Part shown: positions 26,197 through 34,475 of the stretch, piece by piece
Layout: every line of letters begins with the position of its first letter
Position numbering within the stretch: the first letter of the stretch is position 1
Source: Escherichia phage 2725-N35
Sequence record: MN840485.1
Length of the DNA stretch: 45,917 nt
Reading direction: 5' to 3' (one strand)
Made by a program: the position numbers and the translations under genes
The notes under the pieces: generated by a model
Database searches by the model: none
What the model saw: the letters and a program-made list of their open reading frames with translations, nothing else
What the model was told of the DNA's origin: nothing

Positions 26197-27291
26197 TTAT
26201 TTCTTAATTTTAGCTAAACGAGCACGTGGGTCTAATTTCTTAGGCTCATCGGCGCTGTCAGATTTGTCGGAAGCAGTAGTTGCTTTACGTACTTCAGCCA
26301 TTTTATCAGATTCTTTGGCAATGTCGAATGCCGCGTCGATGTATGCGTCAGACTTCTCACTAACATCAAGACCGGAGACTTCTTTAACGTAAGCAACTTT
26401 AATGCCTTTAGCATCCAGACCGTCAGCCTTAACACCAGCCTCAGCAGCAACAGCAACCAGAGCGGCTAGGGCATCAGCATCAGCTTTCGCTTTAGCAACG
26501 GCAGCTTCGATTTCAGCTGGCATTGCATCTACTTTAGCTTTCAGAGAATCGCGCTCTGCGATTGCAGTGTCAGCCTTTGCGTTCAGTGCTTCGATGTGAG
26601 AAGCGATTTCCGGGGCAACTTCAAATTCCTGTGCTCCGTCGAGTTTAATCTTAATCATTTTCTGTTTATCCTCTTTATTGATATCAACGTCAGTAGTATA
26701 CGGGTTTTCCTGTTGAGCGTCAAAATTTAACTTTGCCACCTGAGCTCTTCCTTTGTATACCAGTGCGACATGGTTTACTTTAATTTCAGTCTGCAGCGCA
26801 TCGAATCTAACCCAGTCAGAAGGAATTTCATCCTGTGATTGATACTCACCGTCTAGCTTGTACTCACCAGTTTCGTTACTACCCCAGCCTTTAGACTCAA
26901 CGTCAACAGTTGAGTACCCTACGGATAGCTCACCAGCAATGCCATTTTTTGCCTTCTCGATTGATTCCTTGTCATAAATAGTTAGTGGAACAATAACATT
27001 TGAATCTTCACGCATTGCTGAGCCAGATACCGCCCCTACAACGACCTCTTTAGCATTCTCTGAGTTAACAAAAACATGACCTAAGGTAATTGGCTTACCC
27101 TGATAACTAGCCAGAGAATCATGCTTAAATACCTCTGAGGCTGGTCTAAATTCTCTGCGTTCTTTGCCATCTGGAAGGTAGTAGGTTTGCACCCCGACGC
27201 GTGCAACAATCGGGGTATCAACCAGAAAGCCGTTTTCATCAAATCTAGCTTTCACCTTCGCGCTGTCATAGCGCAATTTCTTCATTAACAA
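26197..27291 (-). CDS. Head morphogenesis protein (possible prohead protease/scaffold fusion)
   Basis: 364 aa directly downstream of portal; C-terminal A/K/E-rich coiled-coil-like region. Confidence 0.45.
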   Translation of the reverse strand: MLMKKLRYDSAKVKARFDENGFLVDTPIVARVGVQTYYLPDGKERREFRPASEVFKHDSLASYQGKPITLGHVFVNSENAKEVVVGAVSGSAMREDSNVIVPLTIYDKESIEKAKNGIAGELSVGYSTVDVESKGWGSNETGEYKLDGEYQSQDEIPSDWVRFDALQTEIKVNHVALVYKGRAQVAKLNFDAQQENPYTTDVDINKEDKQKMIKIKLDGAQEFEVAPEIASHIEALNAKADTAIAERDSLKAKVDAMPAEIEAAVAKAKADADALAALVAVAAEAGVKADGLDAKGIKVAYVKEVSGLDVSEKSDAYIDAAFDIAKESDKMAEVRKATTASDKSDSADEPKKLDPRARLAKIKK

Positions 27292-28534
27292 CCTCCGTCT
27301 CTGTGATTAATTCCGATTCCTCGGCCTGGATATCGCCATCACCAATCTTAATTTCTGGTGCGATAGTGCGTAGTGTATCACGGGCTTCGTTAGTATCCAT
27401 AGCGCCAGATGCAATTAGCGTCGCGATGCTGCTTACGTTCTTCTCAAGAATCTCAGCCTTATCCTTGCTTGACTCCTGAGCTAAGGGATAAAACTCAACT
27501 GACCACTCTTCTACATTTACGATGAACGGGATTAAGAACCCAAGAATAGGAAGCAACTCAGAGTTACGTTTGCGGTCAACTAGCTTATGGAATGTCTCAA
27601 GGGCTGTATTCTGGCTTGATGACACACCACCAACGTTCTTGTTTTTCAGGATGATTTCATGGATACCGCTCAGGGCAACGATTCTATCGAACTTCTTATC
27701 CAGGAACGCATCGATCCCGCCAATATCGGAGTTGAGAATGCTGTATTCTTCAGATTCCGCATCGATACCAATCGCCTGGCCTACGCCGCTATTGTTGTCA
27801 ACCTGTGCAAGTCTCAATCGAGCTGCACCAAATCCTTCGCTATCATCACATAACTCAGCCAGACCTTTCGCCTTCCACACCGCCTGCTGCTTGCGCTTCA
27901 GTAACTGCGTAGCAAGTCGTTCACAGTTGGTGTAATCCTTAATTGAGTCAAGAATGTCACTGGATAGAACGCTACGGCCCCAGCCATCATTTTGCCGACG
28001 CATTACGTTAGGAATTCGCTCACCATCTATGATATGAATGCGGCTATAATGCACATCGTAGAACATATCGCTTTCGTTTGTGGTGATGCGATAGGTTAGG
28101 GGATTACCAAAACGTGCGTTGCGTGGATTCTCCTCTCGAGTTTGTACTTTCACCTGCGTGCGGTCGTAAACACGAACGGTTTCAAGTTCTGCGCCTTCTC
28201 TTACCGGGCTTGTTAGAGATCTATTGTCTTTGACGATAGCCACAATAGCAGAACCGCCGAACAATCTAGCCCACGACCAGGCTTCGTTGATGTGCTTTGT
28301 CAGCTCCAGGTAGTCCCAACGAGACCAAAATGCTGGCTCATCATCAATACCATCAATGTGGAATCCTGCCGCTAATGCTGTCTCAGGGATTGTGTCGATA
28401 ATTCTACGTACCAGCGCATTATTCGCATAAAGAGAAGCCAGGATTGTAGGCTCCTGATTCTGTAAGCTCCCGTAAATCTCACTACCATCACTGCCGCCGA
28501 GAAAGATATTGGCGTAGCTGTCTGTCTTTACCAT
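27266..28534 (-). CDS. Portal protein
   Basis: Size and position downstream of terminase; start trimmed to ATG (MVKTD...) after the upstream hairpin. Confidence 0.7.
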   Translation of the reverse strand: MVKTDSYANIFLGGSDGSEIYGSLQNQEPTILASLYANNALVRRIIDTIPETALAAGFHIDGIDDEPAFWSRWDYLELTKHINEAWSWARLFGGSAIVAIVKDNRSLTSPVREGAELETVRVYDRTQVKVQTREENPRNARFGNPLTYRITTNESDMFYDVHYSRIHIIDGERIPNVMRRQNDGWGRSVLSSDILDSIKDYTNCERLATQLLKRKQQAVWKAKGLAELCDDSEGFGAARLRLAQVDNNSGVGQAIGIDAESEEYSILNSDIGGIDAFLDKKFDRIVALSGIHEIILKNKNVGGVSSSQNTALETFHKLVDRKRNSELLPILGFLIPFIVNVEEWSVEFYPLAQESSKDKAEILEKNVSSIATLIASGAMDTNEARDTLRTIAPEIKIGDGDIQAEESELITETEVVNEEIAL

Positions 28535-28551
28535 TGCATTTCTCCAATAAA

Positions 28552-28575
28552 AAAGCCCCATGTGGGGGCTAGTTT
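28552..28575 (-). terminator. Hairpin with T-run upstream of portal
   Basis: GCCCCC-acat-GGGGC then T5. Confidence 0.5.
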
Positions 28576-28591
28576 ATCACACGGTTTTTGA

Positions 28592-28966
28592 TTACTCGAA
28601 TTTTACTTCGAACTTGATTGATGATGTATCAACCCCACTAGATTCAAAGTCCTTGACGCATAATAGCGTATCGTCGAACTTTACCTTAGTAACCACTTCG
28701 CCATTGATGTAATATCTAAACTCGGGTTTTTTATCGGCGCTAGGATGCATGGATGCGCACTCAGTTTCAGTTACAAAATGATCCTCATTGATTAGTTTAA
28801 ACTTGTAGAACGTTCCGTTTTTAATACAACGTTCAGTATCATTATCATCGCAAAGACCAATAAATCCATCACCAAGATCGTAAAAATCGTACTCTCTTCC
28901 CGGCGTGAATTCACAACACTCGTCATAAGTGTTTCCAAGATATAAAGCCTTTGATTTGTTTTTCAT
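28592..28966 (-). CDS. Moron: Cys-rich small protein between TerL and portal
   Basis: 124 aa with several Cys; own P-box promoter upstream, hairpin downstream. Confidence 0.55.
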   Translation of the reverse strand: MKNKSKALYLGNTYDECCEFTPGREYDFYDLGDGFIGLCDDNDTERCIKNGTFYKFKLINEDHFVTETECASMHPSADKKPEFRYYINGEVVTKVKFDDTLLCVKDFESSGVDTSSIKFEVKFE

Positions 28967-28989
28967 TTGCCTTTTCTCCTCTTGTTTGT

Positions 28990-29045
28990 GTGAAGTAACT
29001 ATACGCCATCCGTGGCTCTAGCGTTTAGCAATTCGTGCTATTTAA
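28990..29045 (-). promoter_or_regulatory. P-box promoter for the 28592..28966 moron
   Basis: AAATAGCACGAATTGCTAAAC, 22 nt, TATAGTTACTTCACACAAAC; the TerL stop codon (TAG) lies within the motif. Confidence 0.6.
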
Positions 29046-30609
29046 TTCCCGCTATGCGCATTAGTCGCGCTTTGGGGTCATCTGAGATATTGAGAACAAG
29101 GTTTACCGCCATTGTCATGGTATCAATTTGGTCGTCGTGCTTATGCGAGTCGTCTGCAGTGAAAGCCGCAATCTCAGTGAGTAATCCGCTTAGCCACGGT
29201 GCTGACTCCGGAAGAACGACGTTACCAGCCTTAATCTGTGGCAATGCGCTCATTACCCTAGTTAGCTTGTCGTTATCCGGTACGTATGGCTCTATCGGTG
29301 TTCGCATAACCCTGCCAGCTGATTGAATAAGGCCGATACCAGACGCTTTCTTCTCGATAATAATCTTTCGGAGGATACCATCCGACTGACTGGTTGCCCT
29401 TGATTTCTTCTCGAAGTCCAGTAGTTCAGCTTCCAATTCCGGCGCTTCCCACTTACCTCTGCGCTGGTCTATCAGGTAAATCCTAGCATCCTTATAGCCC
29501 CATAACTGAAGCACGGAGAAGTCACTATAACTCTTTGTGGTCATCGCAGTATCGCAAGTTATGAATCTATAATCGTACTTGGCTGGAGGCCTGAATGTAT
29601 CACTAAGACGCTGGAACCAGTCTACGTTAATCAGATTGCCACCAAGTGCTACAGGTTCTTGTTGATACTGACTTAGGAAAGTGTACGGGTCAGCATCCCA
29701 CATAGCCATCAAGTCTTCTATTGATTCCTTTGCCGGAAAGTAGCTGTAATACTTAACTCCATCCCGCTCTACGAATGGCGAAGAAAGAACATCATCAATA
29801 AATTGTTGCTTAATCCAATCAGGAAGCGTGTCTACGTAATCCTCTGTGACTATGGCTGGAACTTTCACTACGTCGAACTTGATGCCCATTTGTCCAGACT
29901 CCATGAAGTGGCTAGTATCCAGAACATGAAGTCTTTGCTGAACTGCAAGTATTGGCGTTTCCTTTCCCTTTACTGAGCTAGCTCGACGTGAACGAATTGT
30001 GTTCTTGAGAAGCATATTGACAGCCTCTCTTCTTACATTACTTAGCGCGTCATCAGGTTTTAGTGGGTCATCCAGCATTATGCAACCACTATAATCGTCA
30101 GTCATGTAGCCACCCCTACTTCCCGTCACCTGTCCAGCCATCGCCTTAGATATAGACTCAAACCTAACTTTGCCACTCTCATCCAGCACCTGAATCTCGT
30201 CATCCCTGCATGTTCCAAAGGTGCAAGGCCAAAGCTCCTGGAACTCCTTTGACTTAATTAGGTCACGGACGCGCTTGGAGTTGCGCTTAACCAATGAGTC
30301 AGAGAATGACAAACTAAGATTCCTGACCTTCTTAATCTTAATCATGCTATACACAGGGAAGTGAATGCTAAAAAGTTCGGTTTTGGCAGATCCAGGAGCT
30401 ATGTTTATGATGGTGTCCTTTCTCTTTCCCTCAAGAATCTCATCTATAACACGGCATAGGTACTTAGTATGCCAATTCATTTTGAATCTCTCGCCCTGAG
30501 TTATCTGGAAGAAACACCGCAAGAACCACTCGAAACTATGCTCAGAGATGGCCTTGATAGCCATTTTTTCTGCATACGTCAGTTCATCCCACACGATTAA
30601 ATCACTCAT
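29038..30609 (-). CDS. Terminase large subunit
   Basis: Walker A-like 'IAPGSAKT', Walker B 'CIMLDDP', C-terminal nuclease-like region; start chosen at ATG after GGAGG (track ORF extends to 30690, overlapping the HNH gene). Confidence 0.85.
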   Translation of the reverse strand: MSDLIVWDELTYAEKMAIKAISEHSFEWFLRCFFQITQGERFKMNWHTKYLCRVIDEILEGKRKDTIINIAPGSAKTELFSIHFPVYSMIKIKKVRNLSLSFSDSLVKRNSKRVRDLIKSKEFQELWPCTFGTCRDDEIQVLDESGKVRFESISKAMAGQVTGSRGGYMTDDYSGCIMLDDPLKPDDALSNVRREAVNMLLKNTIRSRRASSVKGKETPILAVQQRLHVLDTSHFMESGQMGIKFDVVKVPAIVTEDYVDTLPDWIKQQFIDDVLSSPFVERDGVKYYSYFPAKESIEDLMAMWDADPYTFLSQYQQEPVALGGNLINVDWFQRLSDTFRPPAKYDYRFITCDTAMTTKSYSDFSVLQLWGYKDARIYLIDQRRGKWEAPELEAELLDFEKKSRATSQSDGILRKIIIEKKASGIGLIQSAGRVMRTPIEPYVPDNDKLTRVMSALPQIKAGNVVLPESAPWLSGLLTEIAAFTADDSHKHDDQIDTMTMAVNLVLNISDDPKARLMRIAGIK

Positions 30610-31114
30610 CTTTCCTCCCATGGTTTTTATGATACCCAAGAATAAATTCAGCCCTCGCCCTGACAATCGACGCGTCGTGAATATTATCAAAGAATCCCAA
30701 GTGAATATTCTCTCCGTCCTTTTTTATTTGAGCCGCATACTTACCAGTCCTGGATACTATGCAGACTCCGGTAACCCCGGTCTTATTCCTCGAATTTATT
30801 GATTGATTCTTTCTATTTTCCTGAATTGTAACTAACCTAAGGTTTTCTATCCTGTTATCATTTCTAACATGATTTATATGGTCAATTTGCATACCTTCTG
30901 GTATTGCTCCGTTATGCATTTCCCAGATTATTCTATGAACCCAATATTTTTTACCCGGCATGTTTACCCTAACATACCCTAGGCTTTTATCAATGCCGCC
31001 AACCTCTTTCCCTATGAATCTTCGCTGTATCCTTCTCCTTCCAAGCTTCTCGCTATCGTAATCTTTCCAGTAAATCTTCCCATCTTTGTATTCAAAATAA
31101 TCATGCCAATTCAT
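30602..31114 (-). CDS. HNH endonuclease (homing-endonuclease-like)
   Basis: 'IDHINHVRNDNRIENLRLVTIQENRKNQ' HNH motif; inserted between terS and terL. Confidence 0.8.
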   Translation of the reverse strand: MNWHDYFEYKDGKIYWKDYDSEKLGRRRIQRRFIGKEVGGIDKSLGYVRVNMPGKKYWVHRIIWEMHNGAIPEGMQIDHINHVRNDNRIENLRLVTIQENRKNQSINSRNKTGVTGVCIVSRTGKYAAQIKKDGENIHLGFFDNIHDASIVRARAEFILGYHKNHGRKDE

Positions 31115-31182
31115 ATCGCCACCTCGTTAGTTTGTTGGGCCCATTATCTCATTGATTGGGCCTCTTCTTTTAACAATAATTG

Positions 31183-31689
31183 CTATAACTTACTAATAAC
31201 AGACTCCAGCGCTTCCTTCATGCTATCAACGTCGTTAGCTGTGGAGTTGTTGCTAATGGTAATCTCCTGCGGCTTATCAATCCCTAGCTCTTTACCAACG
31301 ATTGTGGAGTTGATGATGCCTGCAACGCCAAGCTGATACTTCTGCTCGTAAATTACGTTATCAATAAATTCCATCACATCAGAGTATCCAGCCTCTGTAC
31401 GCCAGCGTGCGAATCTATTGATGTTAACACCCATGAAGAGCGCCAGACCTGTTAATGTGAATACTCGAGGCTTGTGCACTAAACTCTCGCTAACCACGCC
31501 CTGGAATGCCGCCGTCTCAATGGCTTTGATTGCCTCATTCTCAGCCCATGAAAAGTATCTCACTGCAAAGTCAAATACCTCCTCTGGAGTGCACTTGCGG
31601 TTGATTGCCACCATAGCAATATCGCCATACTTCTTGTTATAAAGCGCCTTGAAATTTCCATCACCCATCTTTAATGCTGCTTTGCTCAT
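31183..31689 (-). CDS. Terminase small subunit, putative
   Basis: 168 aa directly upstream of HNH/TerL; first gene after a strong promoter. Confidence 0.6.
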   Translation of the reverse strand: MSKAALKMGDGNFKALYNKKYGDIAMVAINRKCTPEEVFDFAVRYFSWAENEAIKAIETAAFQGVVSESLVHKPRVFTLTGLALFMGVNINRFARWRTEAGYSDVMEFIDNVIYEQKYQLGVAGIINSTIVGKELGIDKPQEITISNNSTANDVDSMKEALESVISKL

Positions 31690-31699
31690 TTAATCCTCC

Positions 31700-31730
31700 T
31701 TTGTTGAGGTCAGATTATACCATATTGCAG
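31700..31730 (-). promoter_or_regulatory. sigma70-like extended -10 promoter (TGgTATAAT) for the packaging/late operon
   Basis: Minus reading: tgcaataTGGTATAATctgacctcaacAAAGGAGGattaaATG. Confidence 0.55.
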
Positions 31731-31732
31731 AC

Positions 31733-31760
31733 GAAAAAAAGCCCTCAAGCGAGGGCTAAA
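31733..31760 (-). terminator. Rho-independent terminator ending the tRNA/small-gene transcript
   Basis: AGCCCTCGCTTGAGGGCT then T7 on the minus strand. Confidence 0.75.
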
Positions 31761-31801
31761 AACAACGAGAGAAACGAAACTTAACGAGGGTATAACACTT
31801 T

Positions 31802-31984
31802 TTACTTTCGCTCACGAACGTAAGCTACCAGGAATTTGTGAGTGTCATGGTCAGCACCTGACATCCCTTTTACTTTCGCTACCGCATCCTCAGCGCTGAT
31901 TGCGGCAACTGACGCGATGTAATCTTGAGTGCAATTCTTGCACGAGCGGCCCATTAAGCGAATGGACAGTTTCACATCCCACAT
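31802..31984 (-). CDS. Hypothetical small protein
   Basis: 60 aa; strong SD AAGGAG 7 nt upstream; immediately follows the tRNA. Confidence 0.55.
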   Translation of the reverse strand: MWDVKLSIRLMGRSCKNCTQDYIASVAAISAEDAVAKVKGMSGADHDTHKFLVAYVRERK

Positions 31985-31999
31985 AATGAACTCCTTTAT

Positions 32000-32077
32000 T
32001 GGCGCTCCGCACTGGATTCGAACCAGTAACCTACGACTTAGAAGGTCGTTGCTTCTGTCCTGTTGAGCTAGCAGAGC
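32000..32077 (-). tRNA. tRNA-Arg(UCU): tRNA-Arg (anticodon UCU) with encoded CCA
   Basis: Minus-strand GCTCTGC...ACGAC-CTTCTAA-GTCGT...ACTGG-TTCGAAT-CCAGT-GCGGAGC-G-CCA: 7-bp acceptor, 5-bp anticodon stem with UCU, canonical T-arm. D-arm is irregular. Confidence 0.75.
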
Positions 32078-32445
32078 ATTTTAATGAGTCCCGGTTACGG
32101 CTCCGGGGCTGCCTGATACAGCCGCTTAATCTGCCTATTTGCGCTAGGTCTTAATGCCGCATACGCTACTTAATGAGCAACGGACTTACCGTGTAGTGCG
32201 CTCCGTGCGCCGTTCCATCTTGGATGGCTGTGTTCTACGTGGTTAATGTTAGATGGTTCCGCTCAGTGATGCAAGCTCTTTTTAACAATCTCCATCTAAC
32301 CGATTAAAAAGTAAGCCCAAGCAACCAGCCCTGCGATAAACCAGATTGCTAACTCACTCATAGATAACCCACAATTTTCAGACTTAGCACAACACACCCC
32401 AGGATTAGAGCTGCGCATAATATGAAAATTACATATCCTATTAAG

Positions 32446-32685
32446 TTACTCATAAAGGCTATTCCCATTCTCGTCATGACCAACGCGACCCTTAAGATAC
32501 CCACTCGTCCAAACAAAGCGATCTCGACTAATGATTGTAAACACTGGTTCCCACATCTTTGAGATCAATGCCGCAACCTGCCTATCATCCTTGCGCTGCT
32601 TTGGTGATAACTTGCTGTACTCCTCGTTCAACTTTGCGGCCTGACGCTTAACCACGTTAAAGTGTGCCTCTGATAATCCGAACAT
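32446..32685 (-). CDS. Hypothetical protein
   Basis: 79 aa ORF in an early operon. Confidence 0.5.
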   Translation of the reverse strand: MFGLSEAHFNVVKRQAAKLNEEYSKLSPKQRKDDRQVAALISKMWEPVFTIISRDRFVWTSGYLKGRVGHDENGNSLYE

Positions 32686-32688
32686 TAT

Positions 32689-32838
32689 TTAATATCCTCT
32701 TTAAATGTCTCAATAACCAGTTTAACTTGAAGATAATCACCATCACACTCAAACTCCTTACCGTAAATCTCATTGAGGTAAATAAGGTCATCAATAAACT
32801 CTTCTTCATATTGGAAGCCAAATACATGTTTCATTCTC
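32689..32838 (-). CDS. Hypothetical small protein (~49 aa)
   Basis: ORF MKHVFGFQYEEEF... directly downstream of a P-box promoter; coordinates approximate. Confidence 0.35.
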
Positions 32839-32854
32839 AATCTCTCGTTGTGTT

Positions 32855-32915
32855 GATAAGGTAATTATATGCCATCCGTGGCACCTGCGTTTAGCAATTA
32901 GTGCTATTTATAGAA
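32855..32915 (-). promoter_or_regulatory. P-box promoter
   Basis: AAATAGCACTAATTGCTAAAC, 22 nt, TATAATTACCTTATCAACAC. Confidence 0.6.
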
Positions 32916-33067
32916 TGACTTAACAAAAGCCTCTGGCGTAACACCTTGCTTGTACGGCTTGATTAAATCCTTAATGATGAACCAGTGAAAGGTTTTCATA
33001 TCAAAGACCAGTCGTTCACATTCGATAACATATTCAGTGAAGCTCATTCTTTCTTCTCCTGTTCCAT
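32904..33067 (-). CDS. Hypothetical small protein (MSFTEYVIECERL...)
   Basis: ATG overlaps the stop of the upstream small ORF (ATGA); the track's 32904..33194 ORF is a GTG-started fusion across frames. Confidence 0.4.
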
Positions 33068-33204
33068 CCCCGTTTGCGCCATCCACATTTGCTCCAGCTC
33101 GTAGTAAGCCATCGCCTCTTCGCCCGTTTTGGCTTCGTCCTGCATTCGCTTGCACCACTCTACTGGGCTTTCCTGCATTTCCATGATGAATCACCTTACT
33201 TAAA
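33064..33204 (-). CDS. Hypothetical small protein (MEMQESPVEW...)
   Basis: ATG with AGGTGA SD; acidic 46-aa ORF; coordinates approximate. Confidence 0.35.
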
Positions 33205-33235
33205 TTATTGTTAGTTAGAATGCGCTTTAGGCGCT

Positions 33236-33418
33236 TTAAATTCGGTTCAATTGCTCTAGAATTTCGTAAGCCAGCTCTCGAGCCTGCTCTTCGGTTAAGT
33301 GGATTGTGTGAACCTGTGGCTCTTTACGCATTCCGCAAGCCTGGGCAATGATGAATGTGGCATATCCGTCGAAGTGATTAGCTTGTAGCTTAGGCTCTGA
33401 TTGGTGAAACTTGGTCAT
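33236..33418 (-). CDS. Hypothetical small protein
   Basis: 60 aa, first ORF after a P-box promoter. Confidence 0.5.
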   Translation of the reverse strand: MTKFHQSEPKLQANHFDGYATFIIAQACGMRKEPQVHTIHLTEEQARELAYEILEQLNRI

Positions 33419-33429
33419 TCTTGTAACCT

Positions 33430-33495
33430 CTCATTGTTTCGATGGGGTAACTATAACAAATTACCCCAATTCTGCTTTAGTAATTCGTGCTACTT
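33430..33495 (-). promoter_or_regulatory. P-box promoter
   Basis: AGTAGCACGAATTACTAAAG, 22 nt, TATAGTTACCCCATCGAAACAATGAGAG. Confidence 0.6.
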
Positions 33496-33636
33496 GTATT
33501 CTTGAGTTACTTCACAGTACTTAATTGTTCCACCAAGAACCGCCTGCTGCTTGAGTGCATCAATCAGTGATTCATAAACCCGAACATGCTTAACGCTGTT
33601 AAACTTTCCAGTGTAGTAAGTGTGGACGTAAATCAT
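33490..33636 (-). CDS. Hypothetical small protein (~48 aa)
   Basis: [15 protein letters not shown]...; ATGA overlap with the upstream gene; stop TAG lies in the P-box. Confidence 0.35.
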   Translation of the reverse strand: MIYVHTYYTGKFNSVKHVRVYESLIDALKQQAVLGGTIKYCEVTQEYK

Positions 33637-33857
33637 TTCTTTGTCGCCTTATCCCAGTCAGCCAGGTATGCAGCATTGACGCTAAGCGCCTCGTACTGAC
33701 GTGATGACTCGAAGTCACTGACGTCGAACTGCTGGTTGTTGATTTGCTTGACAATCTCTTTAGCAACACGCATTTGCTCAAATGGGCTGGAGTTACTGAA
33801 TTGAGCTATGCTCTTAAGGATTGTGGCATCTTTATCTGACAGGTTAATCGTAATCAT
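33633..33857 (-). CDS. Hypothetical protein
   Basis: 74 aa ORF. Confidence 0.5.
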   Translation of the reverse strand: MITINLSDKDATILKSIAQFSNSSPFEQMRVAKEIVKQINNQQFDVSDFESSRQYEALSVNAAYLADWDKATKK

Positions 33858-33964
33858 TTTCCAAATACTCCCTTAGTCTTCAGATTGTGGCGATAGAACT
33901 GCATGATGTGACCATTGTGGTGATTGCTTGATGGATATTGCTTCATCTCTATTTCCTCTCGTTT

Positions 33965-34025
33965 GGTGTGAACTAACTATAACAAAACCAGCCGGAGCGG
34001 GTTTAGCAATTCGTGCTATTTGCCA
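33965..34025 (-). promoter_or_regulatory. P-box promoter
   Basis: AAATAGCACGAATTGCTAAAC, 22 nt, TATAGTTAGTTCACACCAAACGAGAGG. Confidence 0.6.
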
Positions 34026-34276
34026 TTCTGTAGTTGGTTACCCGACTCATAAATCACCCTCTGTCCATAAAGCTCTTTAGCCTTCTGCAAAGACTCAATC
34101 GAATCATTAAGATCAGTCAGATAATCCTTGTGACCACGCAAACCCATGCAAAGCATCTTCTTTATTGCATGCTGCGTCGCTGGGTCAGTTACACCAAACG
34201 CATCAAGTACGCGATAAACATCCACTGTTGTTACTGTGCCATCAATGCCAATAATTTTACGGTCGTACTTGCTCAT
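34016..34276 (-). CDS. Hypothetical protein
   Basis: 86 aa; stop TAG embedded in the P-box. Confidence 0.5.
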   Translation of the reverse strand: MSKYDRKIIGIDGTVTTVDVYRVLDAFGVTDPATQHAIKKMLCMGLRGHKDYLTDLNDSIESLQKAKELYGQRVIYESGNQLQNGK

Positions 34277-34409
34277 ACCTTAATCCTCGTTATTGTGCCG
34301 CCATGCGTCTTAAGCATGAGATTTGCGTATTTTTCGTCTACATAGTGCAGGAGCATATCAATACCCCTGCTACTGAATTTATGTTCGTATATCGTCACTT
34401 AACTTCCAT

Positions 34410-34475
34410 TCATGTGGTTGATGCTGGGGATTATACCAGTCAGTATGAATCCCCTTTTATCAATTCGTGCGATCT
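34410..34475 (-). promoter_or_regulatory. P-box promoter (variant upstream box) with perfect TATAAT
   Basis: GATCGCACGAATTGATAAAAG, 22 nt, TATAAT; long (~130 nt) leader. Confidence 0.55.

Noticed and set aside
32080-32445. Possible second tRNA or tmRNA-like gene next to tRNA-Arg
   Set aside because: No T-loop (GGTTCGAATCC-type) or acceptor-stem pairing found by eye; left as unexplained structured non-coding RNA.
32904-33194. Single 96-aa track ORF starting at GTG with an R/G-rich N-terminus
   Set aside because: More likely two short ATG-initiated genes in different frames with an ATGA junction; the GTG has no SD.
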